Source of the DNA: the human T2T-CHM13v2.0 reference genome, Homo sapiens
Assembly: GCF_009914755.1 (NCBI RefSeq)
Contig: NC_060942.1
DNA: 64,000 bases
Reading direction: 5' to 3' (one strand)
Both the position numbers and the translations under genes were made by a program. Shown one piece after another: positions 1 through 18,492 of this stretch. The notes beneath the pieces were generated by a model. The model was not told where the DNA came from, searched no databases, and saw only the letters and a list, made by a program, of their open reading frames with translations. Numbering within the stretch: position 1 is the stretch's first letter; each line of letters begins with the position of its first letter.

Positions 1-90
1 AGGCTGGTCTCGAACTCCTGGCCTCAAGCAGTCCTCCACCACAGCCTCCCAGAGTGCTGGGATTAAAGGTGTGAGCCACTGCACCCTGCC
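1..90 (-). mobile_element. Alu 5' end (cut by window edge)
   Basis: Reverse Alu left-arm sequence: aggctggtctcgaactcctgg...gtgctgggatta...gtgagccactgcac. Confidence 0.93.
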
Positions 91-1050
91 TAGGATTCTC
101 TGTAGATGGGGAGCCCACCTGGGTGAGATGCCAGACACCTGGCTCCGGCATATGCACAGCAGTTTCACACGAGCGTCTCTTACTCAGGTTTCAGAGTTCT
201 GGTAAAAGATTTAGGTTTGACATCCACCCTTTGAGGTTTTTGGTTCTCACATGTTTGATAACCTGAAGCTTGTGGGTTTGATATGGGCAGTAAAGTGGGA
301 TTATTTCTGTTAGAGATCCTTATTCCCTAGAGACTTTCTGGTCTGGAAAGGTGAGAGGCTATATATTCATTAGCTGGAACCACCATGTGGATCATTTGTT
401 GGAAGAACTGTTAGGAAGAAGACAGATATTGCTATAGAGAGCAGGGCCAGATGAGCGAGAAGGCAAATGTACTTCATTCCTGTACCTGCAGGCTTATTAG
501 GGACAGATGCCCTCAGGCGGGGATGTGTAGCTTCACTTGACTGCTCTAAATAAGGAGCGAGAGGGTGGTGTGTGTGTTAACCATCAAGATTAAGCAAGCA
601 AGAAAAAGACAAAAGAAAGCCATCATTTAGTAACTGGTGGAGTGAGTTGGAGCCTGGGAGCTGCCCCAGGACAACTGTTATTTCCCTTGATCTTCCTCAA
701 ACCCTACCAGGAAGTGAGGGCAACAGTTCCCTAAAGCAGCCCCATCAAGCTCTTAAGAAAGCAGTTTCACTGGGAGTGGGGAGAGGTAGAATTGGGAGGT
801 GGTAGAGGGCTGGGGGGTATGAAATGTGAGGGCCGGAGTCCTCAGCATCGGAACTCCAGAAATAAAAAGTTGTCTGGGTCTTTGAAAGCCTCCTATATGA
901 TAATGTTACAGTAACAGTGTTCTCTGCTACTTTCAATGAATAAAAAACCTAGGGTTTCTCAGCTACAGTGTGCATTAAGAGACATTTGTGGTCTAGTTTT
1001 GGCACTTCATTTCTATTTGGGAACATGCATTCTGAGTTTTAGACAACTAG

Positions 1051-1380
<330 letters not shown>

Positions 1381-1932
1381 TGGAACACCACCCATTTTTT
1401 AAAGCAGAGAATTTATTGTTATTTGCACAAAAGGACGTTTGAACACTTTAGGAAATCTGGATGCTGGAATTAACTCGGTCAAAACAAAGCAAAACACACA
1501 GAATCTCGTATCTTTTCCTGCCCTGATGCTGAACTGCAGCCTTGATTTATGTTTTGTTTTTCCACTTTTGTTTCTGAACCTATGTGGTACAGGCTGAACC
1601 CTTGTCCCTGCTTCGGAGCACTTACCTTAATTATTATAGAAAAAAATTAAGAGTTGGCTGACTCTGTGCTGAACTTTCTGGTTTTTTTCCAGGCAGTTTC
1701 TCCATAACAAATGCGTTTTGCATAGAATTGAAATTGCCTATTTACCTCAATGACACCATCCTAATAGTTGGTGGTAACTACCTAATCTAATAATCTCTCA
1801 TTGTGTGTGATAGGGCTATTTATTGTATTTTAGAGTGAAATAATGCATTTTGTTTGCATTTTAAAAAGGAATGGTACAGGAAATGATTGTAATCCAGGAC
1901 TAAATATACAGTTTGCAGTCTTTTTATTCTAA

Positions 1933-2256
<324 letters not shown>

Positions 2257-2356
2257 TAATAAATATTATTTTACACATCGAGATAGTACTGTTTATGCAT
2301 TTTGTATGCTGCCTCTTAAATCTATAAGCATTTTCTTTTCTTAAAAAAAAGCTTTG

Positions 2357-2672
2357 GGCTGGGTGCATTGGCTCATGCCTGTAATCCCAGCACTTTGGGG
2401 GGCTGAGGCAGGTGGATCACCTGCGGTCAGGAGTTCAAGACCAGCCCGGCCAACATGGTGAAACCCCGTCTCTGCTAAGAACACAAAAATTAGTCGGGCA
2501 TGGTGGTGCATACATGTAGTCCCATCTACTTGAGCGTCTGAGGCAGGAGAATTGCTTGAACCTGGGAAGCGGAGGTTGCAGTGAGTGGAGGTTGCAGTGA
2601 GCTGAGATCACACCACTGCACTCTGGCCTGGGTGACAAGAGCAAGACTCCATCTCAAAAAAAAAAAAAAAAA
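2357..2672 (+). mobile_element. AluS with internal duplication of ggaggttgcagtgag
   Basis: Begins ggctgggtgc, poly-A tail, TSD aaaaaaagctttg on both sides. Confidence 0.96.
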
Positions 2673-2919
2673 GCTTTGATAAATATTGTACATGATTGCA
2701 AAGCGTCCCATCGTGTGGATGTTCACTTAGTTATTTGATACATATTTTTGTGTTCTTGGGCTGTTTCTAATATTTCTGTATTACAAATAAGGTGATGGGA
2801 AGCAGTTTCATTCATCAATCATTCTTTTTAAATGTCCCTTCCTATCAGTTTCTGTTAATCAGTCAAAAGCGTATACATTCTTAGCAGGAACTTAAATTCT
2901 TAGTAGGAATCTTAACAGG

Positions 2920-3022
2920 TTAAGATTTCTAAGGGTAGAGAGGGTACCTGTTTTGTTAACCGGTGGCTTAATACCATTTAATACCAGTAAAGGCTCAATA
3001 AATGTTTATTGACTGAATGAAC
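2920..3022 (+). mobile_element. L2 3' end fragment
   Basis: ggctcaataaatgtttattgactgaatgaa is the typical L2 terminus. Confidence 0.65.
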
Positions 3023-3272
3023 AGAAAAGATCAGTGATCATGAAGAATGGCCCAGTTAGTGGTATATATACGAGAAGTGCTGCAGTGGTTCACAGTAACA
3101 TGATAATAACTAATTGTGTAATGATTTGGCACGAGGTACTGATCTAAATGATTTATACATTGTTGCATGGGATTTTGGAAGGGGAGGGAGTATACCTCTA
3201 AATTAGTTCATGCTATGGGATGGAAGTAAGACTTTAAATTTAGGTGGGCTCAAAAAACAGAAACAAACCAGG

Positions 3273-3598
3273 GGCCGGGTGCGGTGGCTCACGCCTGTAA
3301 TCCCAGCACTTTGGGAGTCTGAAGCGGGTGGATCACGAGGTCAGGAGATCGAGACCATCCTGGCTAACACAGTGAAACCCTGTCTCTACTAAAAATACAA
3401 AAAAATTAGCCGGGCGTGGTGGCGGGTGCCTGTAGTTCCAGCTACTCAGGAGGCTGAGGCAGGAGAATGGCATGAACTCGGGAGGCAGAGCTTGCAGTCA
3501 GCAGAGGTTGCACCACTGCACTCCAGCCTGGGCGACAGAGCGAGACTCCATCTCAAAAAACAAACAAAAAAAACAAAACAACAACAACAGAAAAAAAT
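3273..3598 (+). mobile_element. Full-length Alu, AluY-like
   Basis: ggatcacgaggtcaggagatcgagaccatcctggctaac and agagcttgcag diagnostics; A/C-rich tail. Confidence 0.96.
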
Positions 3599-4300
3599 CA
3601 AATGTTCGTCAGCTGATGAGTGGATAAACAAAATGTGGTATATCCATACAATGAATGCTATGCTATGCTGCCATAAAATGGAGTGAAACATTCATACATG
3701 TTGCAATATGGATGAACCTGCCACTCAAGTAGCTGGTACTACAGGCATGTTCCACCATGCCTGGCTAATTTTTGTATTCTTAGTAGAGACAGGGTTTCAC
3801 CATGTTGGCCGGCCTGGTCTTGAACTCCTGACCTCAGGTGATCCACCTGCCTCAGCCCCTCAAAGTGCTGGGATTACAGGCGTGAGCCAGTGCGCCCGGC
3901 CCAAAGCTTTTTTTTAAGAAAAGAAAATGCTTATAGATTTAAGAGGCAGCATACAAAATGCATAAACCTGGAAAACATTATGGGAACTGAACGAATCCAG
4001 GCACAAAAGACCACATATTGTGTGATTCCACATATTCCACATATTGTGTGATTATATGGAATGTTTGGAACAGGCAAATCCACAGAGACGGAAAGTAGAT
4101 TAGTGGTGGCATAGGGCTGGAAGAGGAAGGAAACAAGGACTAACTGCTAATGGGTACAGGATTTTTTTTCCTCAAGTGATGAAATATTCTTAGATTATGA
4201 GGATGCTTGTACGACTCTGTGGATATACTCAAAACGATTTAATTGTATACTCTAAATGGGTAAATTGTGTATAAATTATGTCTAAATAAAACCATGAAAA
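3599..4300 (+). mobile_element. Old L1M (L1MB-like) 3' end, interrupted at 3721-3967
   Basis: tggataaacaaaatgtggtatatccatacaatg, gatgaacctg|gaaaacattatg, aatccacagagacggaaagtagattagtggt. Confidence 0.88.
3724..3967 (-). repeat. Inverted 244-bp copy of 2291-2534 (66 bp unique flank plus partial Alu)
   Basis: 3902-3967 is the exact reverse complement of non-Alu sequence 2291-2356; the Alu part shares private variants with the 2357 Alu. Confidence 0.93.
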
Positions 4301-4478
4301 ATTGGATGAGGTTTAGCATTGTAGAAGGAAAGATGGGGGTGGTGGTGTGTTAGTTTTTGAGGGCTGCCATAGCAAAACACCACACACTGGGTGGCTTAAA
4401 CAGTAACCATTTATTTTCTCACAGTTCTGGAGGCTAGAAGTCCAAAATCAAGATGTCAGCAGGTTTGGTTTTCCCTGA

Positions 4479-4979
<501 letters not shown>

Positions 4980-5189
4980 TAATCACTTCTTTAAAGTCCC
5001 AGTCTCCAAATACAGTCCCATTCTGAGGTAGTGAAGGTTAAGGCTCCAATGTGAATTCTGGGGGAACATGGTTCAACCCAATGAGAACAATGGTTATCTG
5101 TTGGGAGTGAGGACTGATATGAGTGGAGATGCATCGGTAAAGATGCGCGGACCACAGATGTGACGCAGCAGGTGTGCACAGAGGTATGG

Positions 5190-5480
5190 GATGGGGTCAG
5201 TGTGGAGGGCCGTGTGCCAGGCAGCAGTGTGGACTTGGTCCTCTACCCAGCGTAGGGGGGTCATTCTGGGGGCTGAACCGAGGGTGACACTGTAAAACCA
5301 TGCTTCAGGAAAATTCATCTCTGCGCCCTGGAGGATGGACTGAGGAGGGAAGAGGCTGAGGGAAATGAGTGTGCAAGATAATGAGGCGATCCCAAGGGAA
5401 GTAAAAGGATTGGAGGCCTTGCAAAAGCAAAGCGAACCCAAGCTTCAGAACGGAGGCATCTGAGATGATGTCACAGTTTT
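5190..5480 (-). mobile_element. Degraded L2 fragment
   Basis: Resembles reverse L2 3' region (ggaaaattcatctctgcgccctggaggatggactgagg). Confidence 0.5.
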
Positions 5481-6149
5481 GAACCTTATTTATAGAAGAA
5501 AGAGGGTGAAATGGGGAATTAGGTAAATGAAAATATAGGTCCCATTGTTGGTAAGATACATGGAGTGTCATTGATTCAGTATTTAGTGTGCTTTTCCTTA
5601 TTTTAAACAGCTTTCATAGCTCACTTCCAAACTGTATTTTTGCAACCAACTCTTTTTCTCTCTCTATTAAAAGGAGAATCTTTTATTTTACACTAATTAA
5701 CAGCTGATTCTCCTAAGAGAGTTTTCAGGAACCTAAACCTCAGAGTTAGATGGAGACAAGTGTCTTTGTTAATCATTTATGTGAGGTCAGATTGTACAAT
5801 TTGTAACAGATTTTACAGCTGGTTCCTTTATTAAGGGATGGGTAGGATTCCTACTAATTATTATTTTGAGTTTTACTTTGTTTTTAACCATTGAAACTTG
5901 GGGGATGTACTCTTTGGTTTGGGTAGATTTTGCTTATAGATATTGAAGTTTGAGTTGTTGAATTTCATACATATTTTATTTTGACTTTTAATCCTTTAAA
6001 ACATTTGACTCTGACTCCATTGAGCTCTGTAGAACATCTGTCATCCAGATCTTTTGCCAGAATATAGAGCCTTGATTGGACACCTTGCCAGCTAATTTAA
6101 AGCTTCCCAAGATGCAGAATACTGTGTAAAATGTCCTACCTGTTGTGTC

Positions 6150-6390
6150 AGAAGGGAGAAAATAAGACGAGATTTTCATATTTGCTTGTAGATCCATAAG
6201 AAACTTGGGAAGAATTCCTAAGAAACTAGCAGTAGTGGTTCCCTGCAGGGTGGGGGCTCTGGATGTGGGTGTGGCAGGGGATGGGAGAGACTGGCAGGTT
6301 GAGGAGCAGGGTGAGAGGGATGTTTTTATGATGTACATTCTCATATATTTATTTTGAACTATTTGAATGTATTACTCATGTAGGAAGACA
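6150..6390 (+). mobile_element. Ancient L1 (L1ME/L1MC-like) 3' end
   Basis: ggaagaattcctaagaaactagcagtagtggttccctg...ttttgaactatttgaatgtattactc. Confidence 0.6.
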
Positions 6391-6639
6391 AACCTTTACT
6401 TTCCAAAAATATTAGGGAAAAACTTTCAAGTCTCTCATTTTTAGCCTTTTTGTTGTTCTGATATTTCCACACAGGACAGACGGTAACATGCCCGATACAT
6501 TTTAAGTACAAACAAGGCTGTAAGTTGCCTTACTTGACTTTCTTCACTATTTTCTATTCAAAAAAGTATTTTTGAATCCAAGGGAATTAGAGGAATAATC
6601 TTGAAATGATTATGTTTTGGGGGAAAAGTATATTATTAA

Positions 6640-8234
<1,595 letters not shown>

Positions 8235-8784
8235 ATTGGTAAGAAATTCAGATACACCTCAGACTTGATTGTGGCATACCAGTGTGTTGTAAAACTTGTG
8301 AGAATGGCTTGCCTTAGAAAGACAAGTAGTCCATCCAGTGTCTTATTCTTATGTTAAGTTGGGATTGCTATTTTGTTACCCTTGGGCCTCTATATACAAA
8401 GCCTCTCATAGTAATAGATCTAATTGGGTTGAAGTTTAGTATTATGTATATGCCCTCTGCTTTTATTAGTAGATTTTACTTTCGTGAAAGGAACATATAA
8501 ACTTCATTATTGCATTTTTGTATAAATGCAGCTGGGGACATGGTTTTATTACCCAATGTCCATTTTGTAAATATTTAGAGAACTTTTTTTTTGCATCATA
8601 AATCAGTATAAATAGAAGCTTGGTTTCCATTGTTGCCCTGGCTATGAGGAAGCTGAGAGTGAAATTTGTCGTTCAAGTGTGGCAGTTATGTTACTGACTG
8701 GCGTATTTATATTCTCCTTTATTTGATATTTTGCTATGAGATGTTCCAGTTTACTTGTGGGAAAAAAAGCCAGGTGTTCTTGAA

Positions 8785-9313
<529 letters not shown>

Positions 9314-9549
9314 GTATTTCATAATTCTATCTTTCCATAGAAAGAATTGGCTGGGGCACGTATAACTAATGTGAGTTACTGATTTCAGAGGAAGCTTTTG
9401 GAAGTGGTTGATAGGCACTGAATGGGATGGGGTGGTGAGTGGTTTAAAATAACACTTGAACCTTTGGATTCAAATGGTTTTAAATGCATCTCAGAAAAGT
9501 GAAAGGTGAATGGGAGAGCTACATCCATTGAGAGCAAGGGTTCATCAGC

Positions 9550-10016
<467 letters not shown>

Positions 10017-10368
10017 CAAACTTCCTTTTCTTAGAGGGTGGGCTTTATCTGTGGTTCTTAGTTAGCCTCACCTTCATTCTTCCTTTTGGTGTTACGGTCT
10101 TGCTTACTGCTTTGGGAATGGATTTGTTGAAACTACATGTGACTAGTTTAGGGACCCAGTAGGAGGTTTTACTATAAGTGTAAATTAACATGTGCCTTTG
10201 GGGGACCTTAAAAGTTTTTGTCATTGGGCCATGAGATCTGAGTGCAGCTGGTAGAACCTCCTTGTTTTCTTTGGTATGAGAACTCCTGGGCTTTTGTTGG
10301 TTCCTTCCGTTTTCTCCGGTGTATTACCATTTCACATCACAGTGATATTATCCAGATAACACCCATGA

Positions 10369-10656
10369 TTTGTTTTTAACGGAGTTTCACTCTGTTGCCC
10401 AGGCTGGAATGCAGCGGTGCGATCTTGGCTCACTGCAACCTTCACCTCCTGGTTCAAGCGATTCTCCTGCCTCAGCCTCCCAAATAGCTGGGACTGCAGG
10501 TGTGCACCACCACGCCTGGCTAATTTTTGTATTTTTAGTAGAGGCGGGGATTCGCCATGTTGGCCAGACTGGACTTGAATTCCTGACCTCAATTGATCCA
10601 CCCACCTTGGCCTCCCAAAGTGCTGGGATTACAGGCACGAGCCAATGCACCTGGCC
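10369..10656 (-). mobile_element. AluS with short tail
   Basis: Full dimer; degenerate TSD acacc..tgattt. Confidence 0.95.
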
Positions 10657-10849
10657 ACACCTGTGATTTATTTTATTTCATTTGAGATTTCAGACTTTGT
10701 CGCTTGTTCTTTCTGTAGAAGTTTTTTCATAGAAGTATGTTGTTTCAAAAGCAACCTTCAAATAGTAGACTTAGCTTGGATGAGAATCTAAAAGTCTTTG
10801 AGTCCAACAACCAAGCAGGTCCCCTGTCCAGGAAGTACCTTATAGCTGA

Positions 10850-11156
10850 TGTTTGAGTATCCCTGCAGATGGGAACTCACTACCTCCTGAAGCACCTTAC
10901 TTCTACCCTTGGAATAGTAACAGAGATTAAAATGTCCTTCCTTAATTTGAGGTGAAATCTGCCTTCTTGTCCATTTTACACACACTAACCTTCCTTCCAC
11001 CATGCAAGCTGAGAGAGAGCCAGGTTGAGCCTGTGTTTCCACAACAACTCTTCTCAGACCTCCTGCTGCCACCTACCATGCACTTGCTCTTCACTGGCTA
11101 GGTTCCAGTTGCTCTGTACCTTTCCTAAAGTGTGGTGACCAGAATTTGGCACAGTG
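10850..11156 (-). mobile_element. CR1/L3 relic
   Basis: gatgggaactcactacctcc...ccttccttaatttgaggtgaaatctgcc...aagtgtggtgaccagaatttggcacagt resemble reverse L3. Confidence 0.5.
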
Positions 11157-11189
11157 AGGGAAGGTTCCAGAGCCCTTTAGTGTTATCGG

Positions 11190-11310
11190 GGGCACAGAGC
11201 TTGGGCTTTGGAGTCGCTCAGATCTTGAGTTGATATGCACTTCTTTGTCCTTGAGCAAATGATTGAACCTTCTTGGACTCTCAGTTCCTCATTAATAAAA
11301 TGAAGATGAA
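11190..11310 (+). mobile_element. MIR
   Basis: gggctttggagtc...ccttgagcaa...ctcagttcctcattaataaaatg core. Confidence 0.7.
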
Positions 11311-11417
11311 ACAAGATGAGATGGACTGTGCACATTTCCTGATGGGGGCTGGTATGTGCTGGTGCCCAGTGCAAAGTGGCTGCTGGCAGAATGGTGAGTC
11401 ACCAGTACCTGCTCCCT

Positions 11418-11656
11418 TCACTGAGTGCTTCCTGTGTGCCTGGCACCATTGCTCAGGGCTTTACATGGACTTACTCATTTCATTTTCACTGCAGCCTAGA
11501 GCGTAAGTAAGTATTTGCTTTATCCCCATCTTATAGATGAGGCATTTGATTCTCAAAAAGGTTTCATAGCTTGCCCATGTTCTAGCAGCTAGTAAAAGGA
11601 GAAGCCAGAGTTTTCATTTAGGTGGGAGTCCTCAACCTGCTTTCTTAACTGCTGTG
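11418..11656 (-). mobile_element. MIR
   Basis: ctgagtgcttcctgtgtgcctggcac...tatccccatcttatagatgagg reverse core. Confidence 0.8.
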
Positions 11657-12614
11657 ATCTGCACTGTGGCATGAGAGTTTGTCTTAATGTAAATGCACAT
11701 GTAATAGCATTATTCACATTGCCTGAGACTGTGGAAGCTCCTTTGGCAACCAGATGCCACAGGGGACTCATTTCATGCTTTTAGAAGACTTGAGCCACTA
11801 CATGCCCTGGGAACTGTGTTGCTTCCCCACTGGCCATCACTCTTGCTTTTGTAAGGGATGTCACATTGAGCCATTAAGTGTCATCTCTGGAACTCATGAC
11901 TCTGTTATTCCACATATTAGGTTTTCTTTGTAGCTTTGTGTCAACTCCAAGCCAGGTAAATAAATCTTGGAAGAACCAAGTTACAGATGTGAGTAAAAGA
12001 GGGGATGGCAGGGGGCAGAAGTCAGGGCAGGCCCTGTGACTTGCCACCAGCATCCTCCCTTCGGGGGAGGTCCTTTCATCTGGGTGCTAGCTGGAGGAAT
12101 TGGCAACGTCGGAGATAAAGGTGTAGATGCACCAGCTGAACGTCTTGCTCTGTTTCCCATTTTACGTATAAGATGGGTGATGGCATGCTGCATTCAGATC
12201 CCCATGGGTGTATTTGGGATTTGGGGTGGGGGATTGTGTGTAGAAGGCAGGAAAGATTGCCCAGCAACTCTCATTTGAATTGAGGGTGGAAGCGGTTCTC
12301 GGGCACAGTATGCCAAGGCCCAGGGCGTCCAAGGGACAGAGCAGAGATCACAGATGCTGAACGGGTGGGGAAGGAGCACTAGGCAGGGCATTTCTGATGA
12401 GACTTTGATTTGGGAGGTACGAAAGTTGTATGAGGAATCTTGATAAACTGCTTAGAGTGAATGGAGATGAGTAGGAATCACCACCATTCACATACTGGCT
12501 CTGCAAGCCACTCAGCACAGCTCTGCACCTGCTCTTATGGAGGAGAAGACAAGCAGAAGAGAATGTTCTGATCTAGAAGAGTTCGTGTAAGAGCATGAAG
12601 GCAACAGCACTTGA

Positions 12615-12986
<372 letters not shown>

Positions 12987-13934
12987 TAAGGTAAATGACC
13001 AGGGGCTTGTAATATGAGTGTCACTTAGGCAACAGGACATTTCAATGAAATGGTGATGGAAATAGGTTCTTTTTGTAGATTGTGAGCTCTTGGGAGCATG
13101 GATTTTGCTAAATATACTGATTTTTAAATTTTTTTGACATCTAGCATGGTGCATTTCACATAGGAGTTTTTCAAGAAGTACTCATTTCACAGGCATCTTG
13201 AATGATAGATGTTTGGTAAGAACTGCGCAAGACAGTGTACTAATCACTCATTCTCATTCAGCCTCTCAAGCTATCATGGTTGGTTAGTAATAACATTTCA
13301 AAATTATATTTGTCCCTTAGGCTAGCAGAGAATACTGTTTAACAGGTTTTTCTTGAAAAGTAGGAGTAGCGAGCTAGAGTTGTCTCTAGGTGGGGTAAAT
13401 AAAACATCTCCCACCCCACCCAAATTGAAGCTGAATACCTTCAATTCACTACTGTGCGCATATTCATGTTTCATGCTGAGCAGTTCACTTGAGACTTTCT
13501 CACGGAAAGAAGTGCGATACAGTTGGTGGTAGTCTTATATTTGCTACGTGCTCATGTGTTGTCTGATGATAGAATGCAGTGGTCAAATATTGCACAATTT
13601 ACGCCAGAGGAGGAGAATTCCCATCAACTCTCCAACCATCATAAATACTTTATTCCACACAATAAGGAAATTGAACTTTTCAGAAGAATGATATAGAACA
13701 TCTAAAATAGGTTAAACTTGGAGGAATTATACTGTCCATTGTAAAATTGGAGCCACTCTTGAAAAATTGCTGCATGCCCCACTGAATGCTAGAGCAAGAC
13801 ATGCAGTCCCAGCTCCAGGGGCTTCCAGAGTGATTGAGGCAGGGCTGTGGGCTGCTTTCCTGAAGCCTGACTCCTTTCTTTCCTCATTACACTGCCACAG
13901 ATGGTGGCAGATACAGCATGGATTGGCATAAGTC

Positions 13935-14560
<626 letters not shown>

Positions 14561-15694
14561 CCCTGCTGTGTAGATGGCCCCAACATCATTTTGCTGAGTG
14601 GAGTGCCACTGCAAGGCATGGCATGGAGGAGCCTGACTGCATAGGTGGCGGCACCTTGAGGGCCTTACAGACCTGGCAGTTGAAGGTATGGGCTAGAAGA
14701 CAGATGATTCCAAATTACGGCTAAGAAATAGGTAGGCTGTAAGGCTTGATTGCCGTGAATGCCTCTAGAAAGAGCACTTAAAAAAAAAAAAAAAAAAGAA
14801 GGGATTTCCCTGTTCATGGCCTATGAGTTTAAAAACAAGCACCCCATGTCATTAGCCCTTTGCTCACCACAGAGTTGCTGACACATTAGACGATCTAGAT
14901 ATGTGTCTGAGATTTTGGATGCCTATTGATTGTGTATTCACTTAGACTTTGGTGCTTTTCTAGATGTTTCACAAGTTAAGATGTTGTTAAGAGGTTCTCA
15001 TTGTTTTATTCCTATGTTCTTTCCTTCCACTCCCAACTCACTCCGATGTCACTCATCTGGGTTCTTCTGCTCCTGCCTGGGCTGCTTAGTATTTATTGAG
15101 CTACACACTGTGCTTGGCACCCAGGGCCATGGAGGCAGGCAAAGAGGGGGGACATTTATTCAGCAGCTTCTTACTGAGGGTATGGGTGCCAGGTGCTCGC
15201 TCTGGGAAGGTGCAAATGAAATGGATGATGGCTGAGCCTGAAGAATTCCCAGGGTGAACAGATGGGGGGAAGCCAGTTCGGGCAGAGGGAGTGGCAAAAG
15301 CTGCTGCTTAAAGTCGTTGCTCCCACCGCGTGGGGAGTAATTGGATCTGTCTGCAGCACTGAGGCCTGGACAGGAAGATGGGACTGGAATGCAGAGGGGC
15401 CTTGCAGGGCTCAGTCGGGGCCAAAGGGCAGAGAGGCAGGGCACAGAGAGAAGCTGTGGCCGCCTTGGTTGGTCCCATGGAATCCTCGCCCATTGGGGCC
15501 ATGGGCATTGATCGACACTGTGGAGCTTGAAATCTCACCAGGTGGAAACATCTCTGCCAGCCCTGTAATCATTTCCATAGTTTCTTCTGGTTCTTTTCAT
15601 GAACATTTTCCAATATTTTTATTTGAGCATTAATAAAAGGTTTGCCTATATACTTAAATTTCTGCCAGAAAGCTTTGACTTCCGTGATCTAGAG

Positions 15695-15918
15695 CAAGCT
15701 TGTGCAACCACAAGCAGGTCACATGCAGCCCAAGATGGCCTTGAATGTGACCCAACACAAATTCGTAAGCATTCTTAAAACATTATGAGCCTTTTGTGTG
15801 ATTTTTTTTTTTTTAAACTCATCAGCTGTCATTGGTGTTAGTGTATTTTATGTGTGGCCCAAGACAATTCTTCTTCTTCCAGTGTGGCCCAGGGAAGCCA
15901 AAAGATTGGACACCCCTG
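15695..15918 (-). mobile_element. MER30 (hAT-Charlie non-autonomous DNA transposon)
   Basis: Reverse of caggggtgtccaatcttttggcttccctgggccacactggaagaagaagaattgtcttggg; 8-bp TSD atctagag/atttagag. Confidence 0.9.
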
Positions 15919-16208
15919 ATTTAGAGTTTTAGGACTTAGGTTTTGGGAATGCCAAATGTTTACATGGAAAGGCTCATCCATTAGGATGAGCATGGTTTTC
16001 CTCATGAACTCCTTGGTAGAACCTAATGTTAGTGTGTGGCTCTTTTCCTTTATTATTTTCTTCTGTACAGGGTACTTTATAACCAATAGCTGTTTCTGAA
16101 AATATGGGAAAACTATTTTTGAATATTGAATCAATTACATTTTCAGGGTAGTTTGATAAAAGGCATTCTGTGGTCATCTTTATCTAAAACGAATCCTCCT
16201 GGCCTTAG

Positions 16209-16569
<361 letters not shown>

Positions 16570-17623
16570 TTAGTGTGATTTTGTATTTTATGTTGTGAGT
16601 TTTGTTTTAAAAAAAGAACATCAGTAAGTTCAGAAACCAACTCCATGCTTATTTGCTGTAATGAATTTTTCCCTTACATTGGAAAAACACAGTTCCATCT
16701 GTCCTGAAGGCCCATAAGTCACAGAATGCGGTGTGTTGGAATGTGAAATCCTTTCAGCCTTGCAGAATCTTTATCATTGTGCTAAATTGCCATGTGGAAG
16801 AATGGCAGGTGGCAGTTAGAACTTAGGGCTTTCTATTTATTCTCTTTCTATTTTGCATTAGTCAGTTAAGGTTCTGATCTTCAGAACTTTGTATGAAAGT
16901 CAGTGCTTCATACAATTTCACATCAAACTGTGGCATTGCAAGAGGCAAACCATTTGGAATTCTTCCTTAAATTACAAAAAGAAAAAAAAAAGTGAATGCA
17001 CGAAGATTGTTTTGTTCGCAAGACTTATGACACAGCCCTCCAGCTCTGTGGCTTTTCATTCTGATGGGAAGGAAATGAGACCATTGTAAATGACTGTTCA
17101 GAATATTAGTGCCAGCTCCATGCCAAGTGCTGTTAAGAACATGGAGAGAGCATTCGAGTGTTTGCCTCTGAATTTTTGCCCAGGCCATAGTTCGCAGTTG
17201 GCCGGCAGGCTGCAAGGGCCATTCCAAGTGGGAGAAGCATTCCATCCCTGGGACAAGTAAACAGAACCTAAAACAAACACATGTTTAGTTGAAGTGATAC
17301 AGCACCAGGCAAAGTGTTCTACTTTTAATGAGTGAAGGACATCAGAAACAAAGGATCAGAGCCCCCCACGTTGCATTCTCAACTAATTATAGCACTAAGG
17401 CAGGAATCCTTGGCCCTTTATCTGGAGTGAGTCAGAGAGTATATCATGCCTTATCTAAAGTCTAAAGTTAATTGAGCCCAAGGCCCTTCTGAATAGACAC
17501 ACACTGTAATCAGATATACAGATGGAGTGGGAAGAGGTAAATGGTTTCAGATGCCAGCCTGGTGTAGTTGCATGCCGGAGGGGACTTAAAGGAAACAGTG
17601 AGAAGTATTAGAAAACTGTAGTT

Positions 17624-18042
<419 letters not shown>

Positions 18043-18344
18043 TCATGCCTAAGGTCAGCTGAGCAGAGGAGACTTGGAGAACTGAGAGGGGATCCCTCTC
18101 CTGTGTTTGTTGGGAGGGACAGAGCCTGTTGCCCAGCCTGCAGGTGTGGGAGGGACCCTGCAAGAAGTCCCTTTGGTCACCCTCTTCAGGCCCCACATTG
18201 CCTGATGAGGTTCAGACTCCTAGGCCTATGAAGGGTAATAAGGCCCGTCTGTTCCTGCCTTTACTTTTCTTCTATCAGTTTCTAAGCACTCTCAGCCTCC
18301 GGGCCTTTGATCGTGGAGCGCCATGATACAGTGGCGTTGTCCTG

Positions 18345-18492
18345 AGTGGTTAGAGGTGTGAATTCTCGAGGCCGACTGCCTGGGTTTGAATCCTTGCTTG
18401 GCCATCTTCCAGCTGTGTGACCACTCTATGCCTCAGTTTCCTCATCCGTATGATAGGAATAGTGGCAGTACCTATTTCATGGTGTTATTGAG
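18345..18492 (+). mobile_element. MIR
   Basis: gactgcctgggtttgaatcc...agctgtgtgacc...gcctcagtttcctcatc. Confidence 0.82.

Noticed and set aside
3724-3900. Independent Alu insertion in the L1M
   Set aside because: No poly-A tail, and it carries the unique 5' flank and private variants of the 2357 Alu, so it is a DNA copy
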